Assembly (NCBI RefSeq): GCF_009914755.1
Contig: NC_060927.1
Length of the DNA stretch: 64,000 bases
Strand: one strand, 5' to 3'
From: the human T2T-CHM13v2.0 reference genome, Homo sapiens
The notes beneath the pieces are model-generated. The model saw only the letters and a program-made list of their open reading frames with translations. It was not told where the DNA came from and did no database searches. Numbering within the stretch: the first letter of the stretch is position 1; each line of letters opens with the position of its first letter. A program made the translations under genes and the position numbers. Below, piece by piece: positions 20,558 to 37,233 of this stretch.

Positions 20558-20850
20558 GGACCGGGCACCGTGGCTCATCCCTGTAATGCCAGCACTTTAG
20601 GAGACTGAGGCAGGTAGATCACCTGAGGTCAGGAATTTGAGACCGGCTTGGCCAACATGGAGAAACCCCATCTCTACTAAAGATACAAAAATTAGCCAGG
20701 TGTGGTAGCGCATGCCTGTACTCACGAGGCTGAGGCATGAGAATCTCTTGAACCCAGGAGGCAGAGTTTGCAGTGAGCAGAGATCATGCCACTGCACTCC
20801 AGCCTGGGTGACAGAGCAAGACTGTCTCAAAAAAAAAAAAAAAGAAAAGA
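20558..20850 (+). mobile_element. Alu
   Basis: Dimer; TSD agaaaacagtag. Confidence 0.93.
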
Positions 20851-21353
20851 AAACAGTAGAAGGATATCCCACCTTTTTGCATAAAGCAACAGCAATAATG
20901 AATTACGGTCAAAAGGACACGAATTTTTATTTAATTCTGTTAAAACAGTTACTTATCTAGTTTTTTCTTAAAGAAGTATTTAAGGTTGCTCAAAGGCTCA
21001 CTTGTCCATTCAGGCAGGGTCAAGACGGGCTCTGGAGTTGAAATGGCCTCCTGATGTTTTTTGCTAGGCTAAAAGTCTGGTAGGACTGGTTTTATACGGC
21101 TATGGAGAAACCAAGACCTTGTTCCTGAAAATCTAATAGAAGAAGGGTCATCAGTAGTACTTCATATGGCCCCTTCCATTGGGGTTTCAGCTGGTCATTA
21201 GAATGCAGATTCTTTGGGGTTTGGAGTAGTCTCCAAGTCAAATGCAATGTAAAGGAATGTCTGTTGGAAACCACAACCTGCTGGAAGTAAACTCATGAAT
21301 AGTAATTAAAGCCAGACCTAAGGATTGTACATATTTAATAATATCTAATTCTT

Positions 21354-21655
21354 GGCCAGGCATGGTGGCTCACTCCTGTAATGCCAGCACTTTAGGTGGC
21401 CAAGATGCAGTGGATTACTTGAGTCCAGGAGTTCAGGACCAGCCTGGGCAACATAGGGTTAACCCCTATCTCCGTAGAAAATACAAAAAGTTAGCTGGGA
21501 GTGGTGGCACACGCCTGTAGTCCCAGCTACTTGGGTGACTGAGGTGGAAGGATCACTTAGGCTGGGAGGTCAAGGCTACAGTGAGCCATGATCACGCCAC
21601 TGCACGCCAGCCTGGGGGACAGAGTGAGACCCAGTCTCAAATAAATAAATAAATA
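21354..21655 (+). mobile_element. AluJ
   Basis: Dimer; TSD taatatctaatt. Confidence 0.92.
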
Positions 21656-21865
21656 TAATATCTAATTTTTATATGGATATAATGGGGATCTTTTAGTTTA
21701 GAAGGCAGACAGAGAATTGGTCTCCCATATAAGATTTCAGAAGTCCTTGACTTAAGCCCACTTCTACAGGCTACTTTTACTGTGAGTAAGGCAATAGGCA
21801 AAGCTTTATCCCAGGTCAGGTTAATTTCCTGACAAATTTTAGCTAATGTTCTTTTTATAGTATGT

Positions 21866-22161
21866 TTTTTATTTTTCTTTTTTTGAGACGGAGTCTTGCT
21901 CTGTCACCCAGGCTGGAGTGCAATGGCGCAATCTCAGCTCAGTGTAAGCTCCGCCTCCTGGGTTCAAGCAATTCTCCTGCCTCAGCCTCCTGAGTAGCTG
22001 GGATTACAGGTGCGCAACACGCCCGGCTAATTTTTGTATTTTTAGTAGAGACAGGGTTTCACCATGTTTGCCAGGCTGGTCTCGAATTCCTGACCTCGTG
22101 ATCCACCTGCCTCGGTCTCCCAAAGTGCTGGGATTACAGGCGTGAGCCACTGCGCCGGGCC
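21866..22161 (-). mobile_element. Alu
   Basis: Antisense dimer. Confidence 0.95.
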
Positions 22162-22629
22162 AACTATGGTTCTTTTTACAGTATTTATCTTTTCAGTTTT
22201 TTCCAGTAGACTGTGGTCTACAGGCCATATGGAGATTCCAGGTTATGCCGAGGGCCTGGGACACATCCTCTGTAACTTGGCTGCACCATTGTCACAAAGG
22301 GTGCACCATTGTCACTCTGAATGCAGACAGGCAATCTGAACCGCAGGATGATTTCCTTTAACAGAGCCTTAACAACTTTAGATGTCCATTCGGTCTTGCC
22401 GTAATATGCTTCAACTCGTCCTGAAAAAGTATTTATGAAAACAAGCAAATATTTAAAATGTCTTGCTGCCCTCAGCATCATGGTGAAGTCAATTTGCCAG
22501 TCCCCCATTGGCCCTTCACCTCTTGCTTGAACCCCTAATAGTGGGGGGTGGAGGACCAGTCTTAGGATCATTTTTGGTGCAGAGAAGCCATTTTTCTATT
22601 ACATTTTTTTTTTTTTTTAAAAATCTGTG

Positions 22630-23038
<409 letters not shown>

Positions 23039-23297
23039 TCATGTACATGTTTGATAACATCTATCATAAGATGTTTAGGTGCCAGGATTTTTTTCTTCTT
23101 TATTATAGATTCATCTGTCCTGGGTTTTTTGACTGAGGTCAAAGCCTCAATTAAGTGTTATTTTTAAATCTTCTGACTATTTAAGGGATTCTATGATGAG
23201 GTCTGTTTCAGATACTAATGGCATTAGCAGAACTTTTGGGGTATTTTTTTAATGCCATTTCCCTAGCAGCCTGGTCTGCTCAAATATTGCCTTTTAC

Positions 23298-23589
23298 CAA
23301 GTGTGGTAGCTCATGCCTATAATTCCAGCACTGTGGGAGGCCAAGACGGAAGGATTGCTTGAGCTCAGGAGTTTGAGACTAGCCTGGGCAACATAGTGAG
23401 ACCTTATCTCTACAAAAAAAGTTTTAATTAGCTAGGCACAGTGGCACATGCCTGTGGTCCCAGCTACTCAGGAGGCTGAGAGAGGAGGATCACTTGGGGC
23501 CAGGAAGTTGAGGCTGCAGTGAGCTATGACTGCACCACTGCACTCCAGCCTGGAGGAGAGTGTGAGATTCTGTCTCAGAAAAAAAAAAA
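23298..23589 (+). mobile_element. AluJ
   Basis: Dimer. Confidence 0.9.
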
Positions 23590-25086
23590 TTACCTTTTGC
23601 CTCCAAGTTATCTGTCCATTGGTGTCCAGGGCAATGTATTATAGCTATTTCTTTGGGCTCTAAGACCAATGTTACTAATAGTAAGGCTAGGATTTCTATA
23701 GAATGTTTCATTTGTTCATTACCAGAGGTTAAGAGTCCCCCTTTCTCTCCAGATGGCCTTGTAAGCGTGAACAAAAGAAAAGGAAAATCTGGAATCTGTA
23801 TAAATGGTTATCCAGGAGTCTTTACCTAGTTGGAATGTCCCAGATAGGGCTATGAGTTCTGCCTTTTGTGCCAATGTACCAGAAGGGAGTGCCTCTGCTT
23901 CCAGAATCGGTCAGAGTGTTACCACGGCATGCCCAGCCTTCCGTTGTCTTTGATCTATAAAGCTGCTCCCCTCAGTGAACACTTTTAAGTCTGGATCTGC
24001 CATGGGGATATTAGCCAAGCCTGGTCAGCTAGAGTAAACTTGTTCAGTAACTTGTAAGCATTCGTGTACAGGGTCAGCTGTGCTTTGAGGAAGCAAGGTG
24101 GCAGGTTTTGGAGTGGAGACTGCTTTCAAAGCTACATTTTGGCAATCTAGGAGGATGTCCTGATGTCTACCTAATCTTCCAGAACTCAATCAGTACCCCC
24201 CTTTCTGTTCTAATAGAGAGAGCACACAGTGAGGGGTGTGCACTGTGGTAGGTTGTCCCAAAGTGAACTTTTCTGCCTCCTGGAGAAGGCCGCAGGTGGC
24301 AGCAACTGCTTGGAGGCAAAAGGGCCAACCCCTTGTGACAATGTCTAGCTGTTTTGAAAAGTGGGCTGCAGGTCTCATGCTTGCCAGGTCTTGGGTTAGC
24401 ACCCCTTGAGCCATCCCTTGTCTCCCACGCAGGAACAAACTGACTAGCTTTCTTATATCTGAAAGTCCCAAGGCTGGAGCTGTTAATAACCTTTCTTTAA
24501 TGGTCAGAAAGGCTTTTTGACAATCCCCAGTCCATTTTAGGGGCTTGATATCTATTCATTTTAAAGATTTATATAGAAGTTTGGCTGTAAGTCGAAAATT
24601 ACTAATCCAAATGCAGCAAAACCCAGCCAAACCCAAAAACCCTTGCAGCTTCTGCTGTGTGGTGGGTCTGGACACCCTGGCAAGAGCTTCCCTCTGGTTC
24701 AGGAGCATATTTATTTGACTGAGGGCTGTGAGATCTATGCCTCTTTCCTGGATACACTGTATCCCTATTCTGCCAGGAAATTTGAAGTCAGTATAGTATT
24801 CTGGTCAGAGCCTGTCACAGCGGTACTGGCTACTAATATGCCACTGACATATTATAACAAAGTCTTGCCTTTTAGTTGGAGGTCCTGGTGGACTTTGGCA
24901 AGTATTTCCCTAAAGATAGCTGGAGAGTATTTGAAACCTTGAGGGAGCACTGTCCAACAGTACTGTAGTTGGGCTTTGGTATCTGGGTCTTCCCATTCAA
25001 AATAGTAAACATGATGTTTATTAGTTAAAGTGCTCCAGATATTTGGGAAAATCTGCAAAAGGTGGATGGGCCTTTAGGAATGTCTT

Positions 25087-25140
25087 CAGCCTGGGTGGCA
25101 GAGCGAGACTCTGTCTCAAAAAAAAAAAAAAAAAAGAAAG
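25087..25140 (+). mobile_element. Severely 5'-truncated Alu
   Basis: cagcctgggtggcagagcgagactctgtctc plus poly-A only. Confidence 0.8.
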
Positions 25141-25169
25141 AAACAGAGAAAGAAAGTCTCTACAAATTG

Positions 25170-26170
25170 AGATGACATTAAATTGTGTGGGGCTTCTGAA
25201 TTATTGTTCATGTACTGTCTGAAGGCCTTGAAAATCCACTCTAAGAACTCTGAGGGGATCTCATTAGGTTTCTGTCTAACTTCCTAGACCTGATTGAGGC
25301 TTCTTTGCTTGGACACTCCCTTGCAGAGACCAGCCAAAGTGCAATCCTGGTAGTGTTCAAACTTATGTCTATCTCCAGTGTTTATATTTCATCCTGGGTC
25401 AATGGTGGGCACTGCAACTTGAGGAACTGCTCGTATGGGTTGCCAGAAAAGTCTGCATGCATTTGATCAGCTTTCTCCTTGCCTTTATTTAAAACCATTC
25501 TCCACTCCTCTGAAATTAATACAGTGCTGAGCAAATTTTGGATGTCTGCCCAGATGGGGTTGTGGGTAGCTAACATAGAGGAGAACAGATTTTCCATCCA
25601 CTTTGGATCTTCCTAATAGGTGGGCTTATTTTTCTAGTTAAACAAGTCAGAGATGGAAAATGGAGAGTGGACCCAGCAAATCCCATAGGTTGGCCTGTGG
25701 CAGCATTAACGCTTCCTCTGGGTAGTTGGCATAAGAGCAATTGCCCTCCCAGAGCCAAATGGCACCCTAACGAATTGAGTTCCCTGTCAGGTATGAGAAG
25801 GAGAGACCATTCCTGTTGCCCCTGACTCCTTACTTCTCAGGGTGAGAACTCCAGCTCAGAGGCCAGCAGAGCAGCTGCAGCTCCCCTTTAAGGTGCTGGG
25901 GGAGCCATAGGCTCACTTAGTGGAACCACCAAAACATAAACACCTTTTTGTTGGGGGTCAGTCAAAACAGGCCTTTTCCCTTGTTGAACCATGATTTTGC
26001 ATTTCTTTTGCATTGATGTGTTTTGCCAAAGCTGCATACAACATTGTACATAGGGGATCTCATCTCATTTCCCTTCCTGTTTCAGAACAAGTCTAGCTGC
26101 AGGAGAGTATTATAATTAAGGGAGCCATTTGATGGTCACTATTTTCCTGAATCCAGCAAGTGTTGGGGCC
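25170..26170 (-). pseudogene. ERV gag remnant
   Basis: THNPIWADIQNLLSTVLISEEWRMV (capsid) and MHR-like VRQKPNEIPSEFLEWIFKAFRQY. Confidence 0.85.
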
Positions 26171-26908
26171 AGGCTGAAGTATAAATGAAAATTATTTTTT
26201 TTGCTTCATGGAATCATAGACAAAGCATCTTAATTTTACAGGATACAGCCCACCGGGGTGCTTGAGGAAACCAAATTAACATTTCCAACTCCAGCTGAGA
26301 TGATGCACATACACCAAAATACAGACACTAATCGCTCTGCTCCGTGCCCAAGTTTGACCTGGCAAAGCTCAAAATTGCCCCTGTTGGCCCTTGGTGCCTT
26401 TGATTCACTCAAGGTGGAGAGGACTAATTTTCAACCAGGAGTGCAGCAGACGGTCTCTGGGAAAGGTGGAAAAGTGGCCAGTCACACTGAGTTAGGCCTG
26501 CTGAGATTTCATTAGCAATTCCTTCAGGGTTCACTGATTGCAACTAGCCAGACAAACAAAGAGTTTCCTGAGTTAGGGCTGCTGAGCTTCCACTAGTATT
26601 TCCTCCAGGGGATCCCTTCCACAAACATAAACATATATAACAGGACAAAGACAAACAAGAAGGCCTTCCAAAATAAAGTTTCAAATTTTAGAAATCAAGA
26701 GTATTTTTCCCTAGCCATGCCTTTTATTCAATTTCCAATTTAGGAGAAATTCCTTCAAACAAGGCCTTTCCTATTACTAGAGAGGTTCAACACAACTTCC
26801 AAAGAGGTCATAAGACCTCCAAGGAGGACAGCAAATCAGGAGACGGGAAAAGTGGTGCCAGTTGCACAGAGAAAAGTTACCAAAGACATCTTTCAAAACC
26901 AAAAACCA

Positions 26909-27218
26909 GGCCGGGCATGGTGGCTCACGCCTGTAATCCCAGCACTTTGGGAGGCCGAGGCGGGTGGATCACAAGGTCAGGAGATCGAGACCATCCTGGC
27001 TAACACAGTGAAACCCCGTCCCTACTAAAAATACAAAAAAATTAGCCGGGCATGGCGGCGTGCGCCTGTAGTCCCAGCTACTCAGGAGGCTAAGACAGAA
27101 GAATTGGTGTGAACCCGGGAGGCGGAGCTTGCAGTGAGCCAAGATCGTGCCACTGCACTCTAGCCTGGGTGACAGAGCAAGACTCCGTCTCAAAAAAACA
27201 AAACAAACAGAAAAAAAA
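26909..27218 (+). mobile_element. Alu (Y-like)
   Basis: Dimer. Confidence 0.95.
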
Positions 27219-27385
27219 CCGTTCATTTGCTGCAAGAAATTTGTGCACCACAGGTTGACACTGCCCTTTCAACATGCAAGGCACTGGAGACAGCCCTTCA
27301 TTCAGTGAAACTGAATGGCCACTTGGGCTTGTCTCTGGTTCCAAACCAATAACGAGGGGTCACCAAGGTGCAGGCCCACAAGGGG

Positions 27386-27403
27386 CTCCTGGCTGGATTG
27401 CCA
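27386..27403 (-). other. Primer-binding site, tRNA-Arg(ACG)-like
   Basis: Minus strand tggcaatccagccaggag vs TGGCGAGCCAGCCAGGAG (16/18), 5 nt from the 5' LTR. Confidence 0.75.
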
Positions 27404-27408
27404 GCATT

Positions 27409-28040
27409 TGTTATAGGACCAACTGGTTTGTATCCCCACTGTGCAATAACATACCAATTACTGTGAGACAGCAGGATTTGCAGCAGAGAAAGTTTCATAA
27501 TCACAGCACACCAAGTGAGGACACAAGAGGAGACCCTCAAATCCATCTCACCAAGGAGTTCTGGGCTGGGGCTTTTAAGGGGATCGTGGAAGGTAAAGGG
27601 TTGGAAAATTGGGGTTGTTGGTTGATCGGGGCAAGGGAGAGGAAATCACCAGGATGTGGAAACTGCATTCTTTCATGAGTTAGCTCCTTGTGGGGTCCTT
27701 CAGACCAGCTGGCATCCATGGAGTCCTTCAGATCAGCTTGAGTCGGTAGGATCTTTCAGACCAGCTGAGCCAGTAGTTTCATCAGTAAGCAGGATCTTAA
27801 GGAATGTCTCAAAGGTAAAACTTAATGTTTCATAATGTTCAAGTTGTTACCTGTAAACAGTTGAGAGGAACTATTAGGGTTGACATGATTCTAGCTCAAC
27901 TACACAACTACCAGGAAGAAGGTCAGAGAGGAAAGTGACCTAATGATTAATGCTGAGTGTGCTGCAAGCTTGACTTATTTTCCTTTCTCCCTCTTCCTTC
28001 TTCCCTGGCTAATTTTATAAGGTTTATAAGGATGGTTTCA
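27409..28040 (-). mobile_element. 5' LTR of provirus (LTR26-like)
   Basis: TG..CA termini; adjacent to the PBS; homologous to 17636-18253. Confidence 0.85.
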
Positions 28041-28064
28041 CTCTCATCTATTTGGCTTTCTGGG

Positions 28065-28795
<731 letters not shown>

Positions 28796-28965
28796 GAGGG
28801 TACCAGGGATTACTTTGTACTGTGAGAGAACTTGACTTTTTAAAAATTTCAATAGCTTTAGGAGTACAAGTGGTTTTTGGTTACATCAATGAATTGTATA
28901 GTGATGAAGTCTGAGATTTTAGCACACCTGTCACCTAAGTAATGTACATTGTACCCAATATGTAG

Positions 28966-29381
<416 letters not shown>

Positions 29382-29451
29382 TAGCTTTCACTTATAAGTG
29401 AGGACATACAGTATTTGGTTTTCCATTCTTCAGTTAATTCACTTAGAATAA

Positions 29452-29811
<360 letters not shown>

Positions 29812-29813
29812 TA

Positions 29814-30378
<565 letters not shown>

Positions 30379-30654
30379 TTACATTTCCCTGATGATTAGT
30401 GGTGTTGAGCATTTTTTCATATTTGTTGGCCATTTGTATATTTTCTTTTGAGAAATGTCTATTCAAGTCATTTGCCACATTTGATGGGATTATTCGTCCT
30501 TTTCTTGCTGATTTGCTTGAGTTCCTTGTAGATTCTGGATATTAGTTCTTTGCTGGATGTATAGTTTGAAAATATTTTCTCCCATCCTATGGGTTGTCTG
30601 TTTACTCTGATGATTATTTATTTTGCTGCACAGAAGTTTCTAATTAGGTCCCAT

Positions 30655-31026
<372 letters not shown>

Positions 31027-31571
31027 TAGACCAAAGTCCAGAAGAATTTTTCCTACATTTTCTTTTAGAACTTTTATGGTTTCACGTTTTAGATTTAAGT
31101 CTTTAATCCATCTCGAGTTGATTTTTGTATATAATGAGAGATAGGGGTCTAGTTTCATTCTTCTACAGGTGTCTATCCAGTTTTTTCAGCACCATTTATT
31201 AAGCGGTGTATCCTTTCCCCCAGTTTATGTTTTTGTATGCTTTGTCAAAGATCAGTTAGTTGTGAGTATTTGGCTTTATTTCTGGGTTCCTTCCTGTTCT
31301 GTTCTATTGGTCTATGTATCTACTTTTATATCAATATCATGCTGTTTTGGTTACTATAGCCTTGTAGTATAAGTTGAACTCAGGTTATGTGATGCCTCCA
31401 GATCTGTTTTTTTGCTTAGGATTGCTTTGGTTATTTGGGCTCTTTTTCAGTTCCACATAAAATTTAGGATTTTTTTTTCCAATTTTGTGAAAAGCAATGT
31501 TGGTAGTTTGATAGGAATTGCATTGAACATATAGGTTGCTTTGGGCCGTATGATCATTTTCATGATACTGA

Positions 31572-31937
<366 letters not shown>

Positions 31938-32059
31938 TTCAATTCTTTTTTTTAAAGATCGGGTCTTGCTATGTTGACCAAGCTGGTCTCGAACTCCTGT
32001 CCTCAAGCAATCCTCCCATCATGGACTCCTGAAGTGCAGGGATTACAGGCATATCAAGT

Positions 32060-32877
<818 letters not shown>

Positions 32878-32969
32878 CTTTTCACTCTATTAACAGTGTC
32901 TTTTGAAGAGTGAAAGTTCTTATTTTTGATAAAGTCCAATTTATCATTTTTTGTTTCTTTCTTTCTCTG

Positions 32970-33289
<320 letters not shown>

Positions 33290-33707
33290 ATTTTTTCTTT
33301 TGTTATATTTTTAATATAATAGCCAAGAATTTTTTGCTTGACCTAGATGACAAAGCTTTTTCTTTATGTTTTCCTTCAGAAGTTTTATAGGTTTACCCTT
33401 TACATGTAAATCTATTATCTATTTTGAGTTAATTTCTGTTTGTGATGAAAGGTTAGGATCAAGGGTCAATTAATGTGCATAGATATCTGATTATTCTAGC
33501 ACCCTTTGTTGAAAAACGATCCTTTTTCCATGGAATAGCCTTTGCATCTTTGTCAAAAATCACATTGAGATACCTCTTCACAACTATTAGTGGATAACAT
33601 AAAAAAGACAGATAATACCAACTGTTAGTAAGGATGTGGAGAAATCAGAACCTTCGTATATTGCTGGTGAGAATGTAAAATGAAGTTGCTGCCCTGAAAA
33701 ACAATTT

Positions 33708-34042
33708 GGGCTAGGCATGATGGCTCACACCTGTAATCCCAGCACTTTGGAAGGCTGAGGCAGGCAGATTGCTTGAGTCCAGGAGTTCGAGACCAGCCTG
33801 GGCAACATGGCAAAACTCCTTCTCTACAAAAAAATACAAAAAATTATCCAGCCATGCCTACATGCCTGTAGTCCCAGCTACTTGAGAGGTTGAGGTAGGA
33901 GGATTGCTTGAGCCTGGGGGACAGAGGTTGCAGTGAGTCAAGATCACACCACTATACTCCAGCCTGGGTGACAGAACGTGATGTTGTGTCAAAAAAAAAA
34001 AAAAAAGAAAAAAGAAAAAAAAGAAAAGAAAAGAAAAAGAAA
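33708..34042 (+). mobile_element. AluJ
   Basis: TSD tgaaaaacaatttgg. Confidence 0.93.
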
Positions 34043-34102
34043 TGAAAAACAATTTGGAAAATTTGGAAGTTTCTAAAAATGTTAAACATAATGTTACAAC
34101 AT

Positions 34103-34601
34103 TGAGAGAAGAGAGGCAGACTCTCTCATATTGTTTTATATTGATTTATACTCAGAAAAGGAAAGAAAAGTGACACAAAAGGCAGGTAGCCCGGCGCCTA
34201 GGAACCAGACCCGAAACCAAGGAACCAGACCCAAAACCAGGCCTGGGCCTGCCTGACCTAAGCCTGGTAGTTAAAATTCCACCCCTGACCTAGCAACTGA
34301 TGTTATCTATAGATTCCAGATGTTGTATGGAAGGACATTGTGAAACCTCCCTTTCTGTTCTGTTTCACTCTGACCACCAGTGCTTGCAGCCCCTGTCACA
34401 TACCCCCTGGCTTGCTCAATCAATCACGACCCTCTCACGCGGACCCCCTCAGAGTTGTGAGCCCTTAAAAGGGACAGAAATTGGGCACCTGACAAGCTCG
34501 GATTTTAAGACGTTAGTCTGCCAATGCTTCCAGCTGATTAAAGCCACTTCCTTCACTATCTCGGTGTCTGTGGGGTTTTGTCCACGGCTCGTCCTGCTAC
34601 A
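34103..34601 (+). mobile_element. LTR15-like solo LTR
   Basis: tgagagaagagaggcagactctctcatattg...cgtcctgctaca; 4-bp TSD acat. Confidence 0.8.
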
Positions 34602-34633
34602 ACATGACCCAGCAATTCTACTCCTGGCATATT

Positions 34634-34829
34634 GGAACAGTGGTTAGGCCACAACCTCAGATCTGGAGCACAGGAAAGCAATAAGAAGCAGAAGTCATTG
34701 TTCCTGGGAAGCCCTCAAAAGCCAGCAGATGACAGAGATAGATTCTCTGATTGGTTCTAACTTAACCATTTGGAGTTTTGAACACCCTGAGCACACAAAA
34801 TTCAACTTAATTTGGAGACAACTGAATGC
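34634..34829 (-). repeat. Inverted diverged copy of 57604-57802
   Basis: Reverse complement aligns colinearly over ~200 bp (e.g. ccagatctgaggttgtgg, gcattcagttg). Confidence 0.9.
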
Positions 34830-35224
34830 CTATTCTCTTGGGGGTTGCCTGAAGAGAAATAAAAACATATCTTTGCACAAACTTATGTATGGGTGGTCAT
34901 AACATTATTCATGATAGCCAAAAAGTGGAAACAACACAAATGTTCATTGTAGGAGAATGAAACTGCCTTTGCAAAAACCATAACTGAGAAAACTATTACA
35001 GCAAAAGAGATCCACCTAACTCACTCCATCTTGCTTCTAACCTCCAAACTGTCCTTGTTCATTCCTGGGCATAGGCCAAACTATCTTTGGGAGGAACTTA
35101 GTTTATAGTTTAGCTTTCAAACAAAGACCATAACAGCCCTTTCCCAAAACAAACCTCCTTCCTGCCTGGGGACTAGACTGCCTTTGCAAGACTAACAAAT
35201 TTGCCATAAGATTAGAAATTATGG

Positions 35225-36586
35225 CTCTCCCTCCCCCTCCCCCTCCCCCTCTCCCTCTCCCCTCTTTCCACGGTCTCCCTCTGATGCCCAGCCGAAGCTG
35301 GACTGTACTGCTGCCATCTCGGCTCACGCAACCTCCCTGCCTGATTCTCCTGCCTCAGCCTGCCAAGTGCCTGCAATTGCAGGCGCGCGCCGCCACGCCT
35401 GACTGGTTTTCGTATTTTTTGGTTGGAGACGGGGTTTCGCTGTGTTGGCCGGGCTGGTCTCCAGCTCCTAACCGCGAGTGATCCACCAGCCTCGGCCTCC
35501 CGAGGTGCCGGGATTGCAGACGGAGTCTCGTTCACTCAGTACTCAATGTTGCCCAGGCTGGAGTGCAGTGGCGTGATCTCAGCTCCGCTACAACCTCCAT
35601 CTCCCAGCCGCCTGCCTTGGCCTCCCAAAGTGCCGAGATTGCAGCCTCTGCCCGGCCGCCACCCCGTCTGGGAAGTGAGGAGCGTCTCTGCCTGGCCGCC
35701 TATCCTCTGGGATGTGAGGAGCCCCTCTGCCCGGCTGCCCAGTCTGGAAAGTGAGGAGCGTCTCTGCCCGGCCGCCCATCGTCTGAGATGTGGGGAGCGC
35801 CTCTGCCCCGTCGCCCCGTCTGGGATGTGAGGAGCGCCTCTGCCTGGCTGCCCAGTCTGGAAAGTGAGGAGCGTCTCTGCCCGGCCACCATCCCATCTAG
35901 GAAGTGAGAAGCGTCTCTGCCCAGCCACCCCGTCTGAGAAGTGAGGAGCCCCTCCGCCCGGCAGCCGCCCTGTCTGAGAAGTGAGGAGCCCCTCCGCCCA
36001 GCAGCCACCCCATCTGGGAAGTGAGGAGCGTCTCCGCCCGGCAGCCACCACGTCCGGGAGGGAGGTGGGGGTCAGCCCCCGCCTGGCCAGCCGCCCCGTC
36101 CGGGAGGTGAGGGGCGCCTCTGCCCGGCCGCCCCTACTGGGAAGTGAGGAGCCCCTCTGCCCGGCCACCACCCCGTCTGGGAGGTGTACCCAACAGCTCA
36201 TTGAGAACGGGCCATGACGACAATGGCAGTTTTGTGGAATAGAAAGGGGGGAAAGGTGGGGAAAAGATTGAGAAATCGGATGGTTGCCGTGTCTGTGTAG
36301 AAAGAGGTAGACATGGGAGACTTTTCATTTTGTTCTGTACTAAGAAAAATTCTTCTGCCTTGGGAAAAAAAAAAAAAAAAGAAAAAGAAAAATACAGTTA
36401 GAACTTGTAAAATGTTGGGGGTGAAGGGTGGAGGAAATGTACATGAAAAAGATGGAAAAAGAGTTGGTAATTGTTGAAGCTGAGTGATGGGTATATAGGG
36501 CTCATTATGCTGTTCTCCCTACTTTTGAGTATGTTTGAAACTTCCATAATAAAAAGTTATTTGTAAACCTAAAAAAAAAAAAAAAA
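35225..36586 (+). mobile_element. SVA (D-like) truncated in SINE-R, with ~180-bp 3' transduction
   Basis: TSD aagattagaaattatgg 35208-35224/36587-36603 encloses SVA, poly-A, foreign 36393-36570 and a second poly-A. Confidence 0.95.
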
Positions 36587-36864
36587 AAGATTAGAAATTA
36601 TGGTTTTGGAGTCATGCGGCTGGAGGCTGCAAGATTCTGACCCTCCCCAAATTGCTCCTGGGGATGACATCACTATTGTAAAACCTAAGATCAGTGCTTG
36701 AGATATTTTGCAGACCCTACACTGGGTGGATCAGCTGGCACCACCCAGATAAACTGGCTCATCTGGTCATGTGGCCCCCACCCAGGAACAGACTCAGCAC
36801 AAGAGAACAGTTTTGACTCCCTACGATTTCATCTCTGACTTGACCAATCAGCACTCCCGGCTCA

Positions 36865-37233
<369 letters not shown>

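Noticed and set aside
22283-22315. Direct repeat tgcaccattgtcac in integrase
   Set aside because: Small local duplication in a dead gene; no wider structure.
27386-27403. tRNA-Arg 3'-end match as a tRNA gene
   Set aside because: Only 18 nt, adjacent to the LTR; it is the retroviral PBS.
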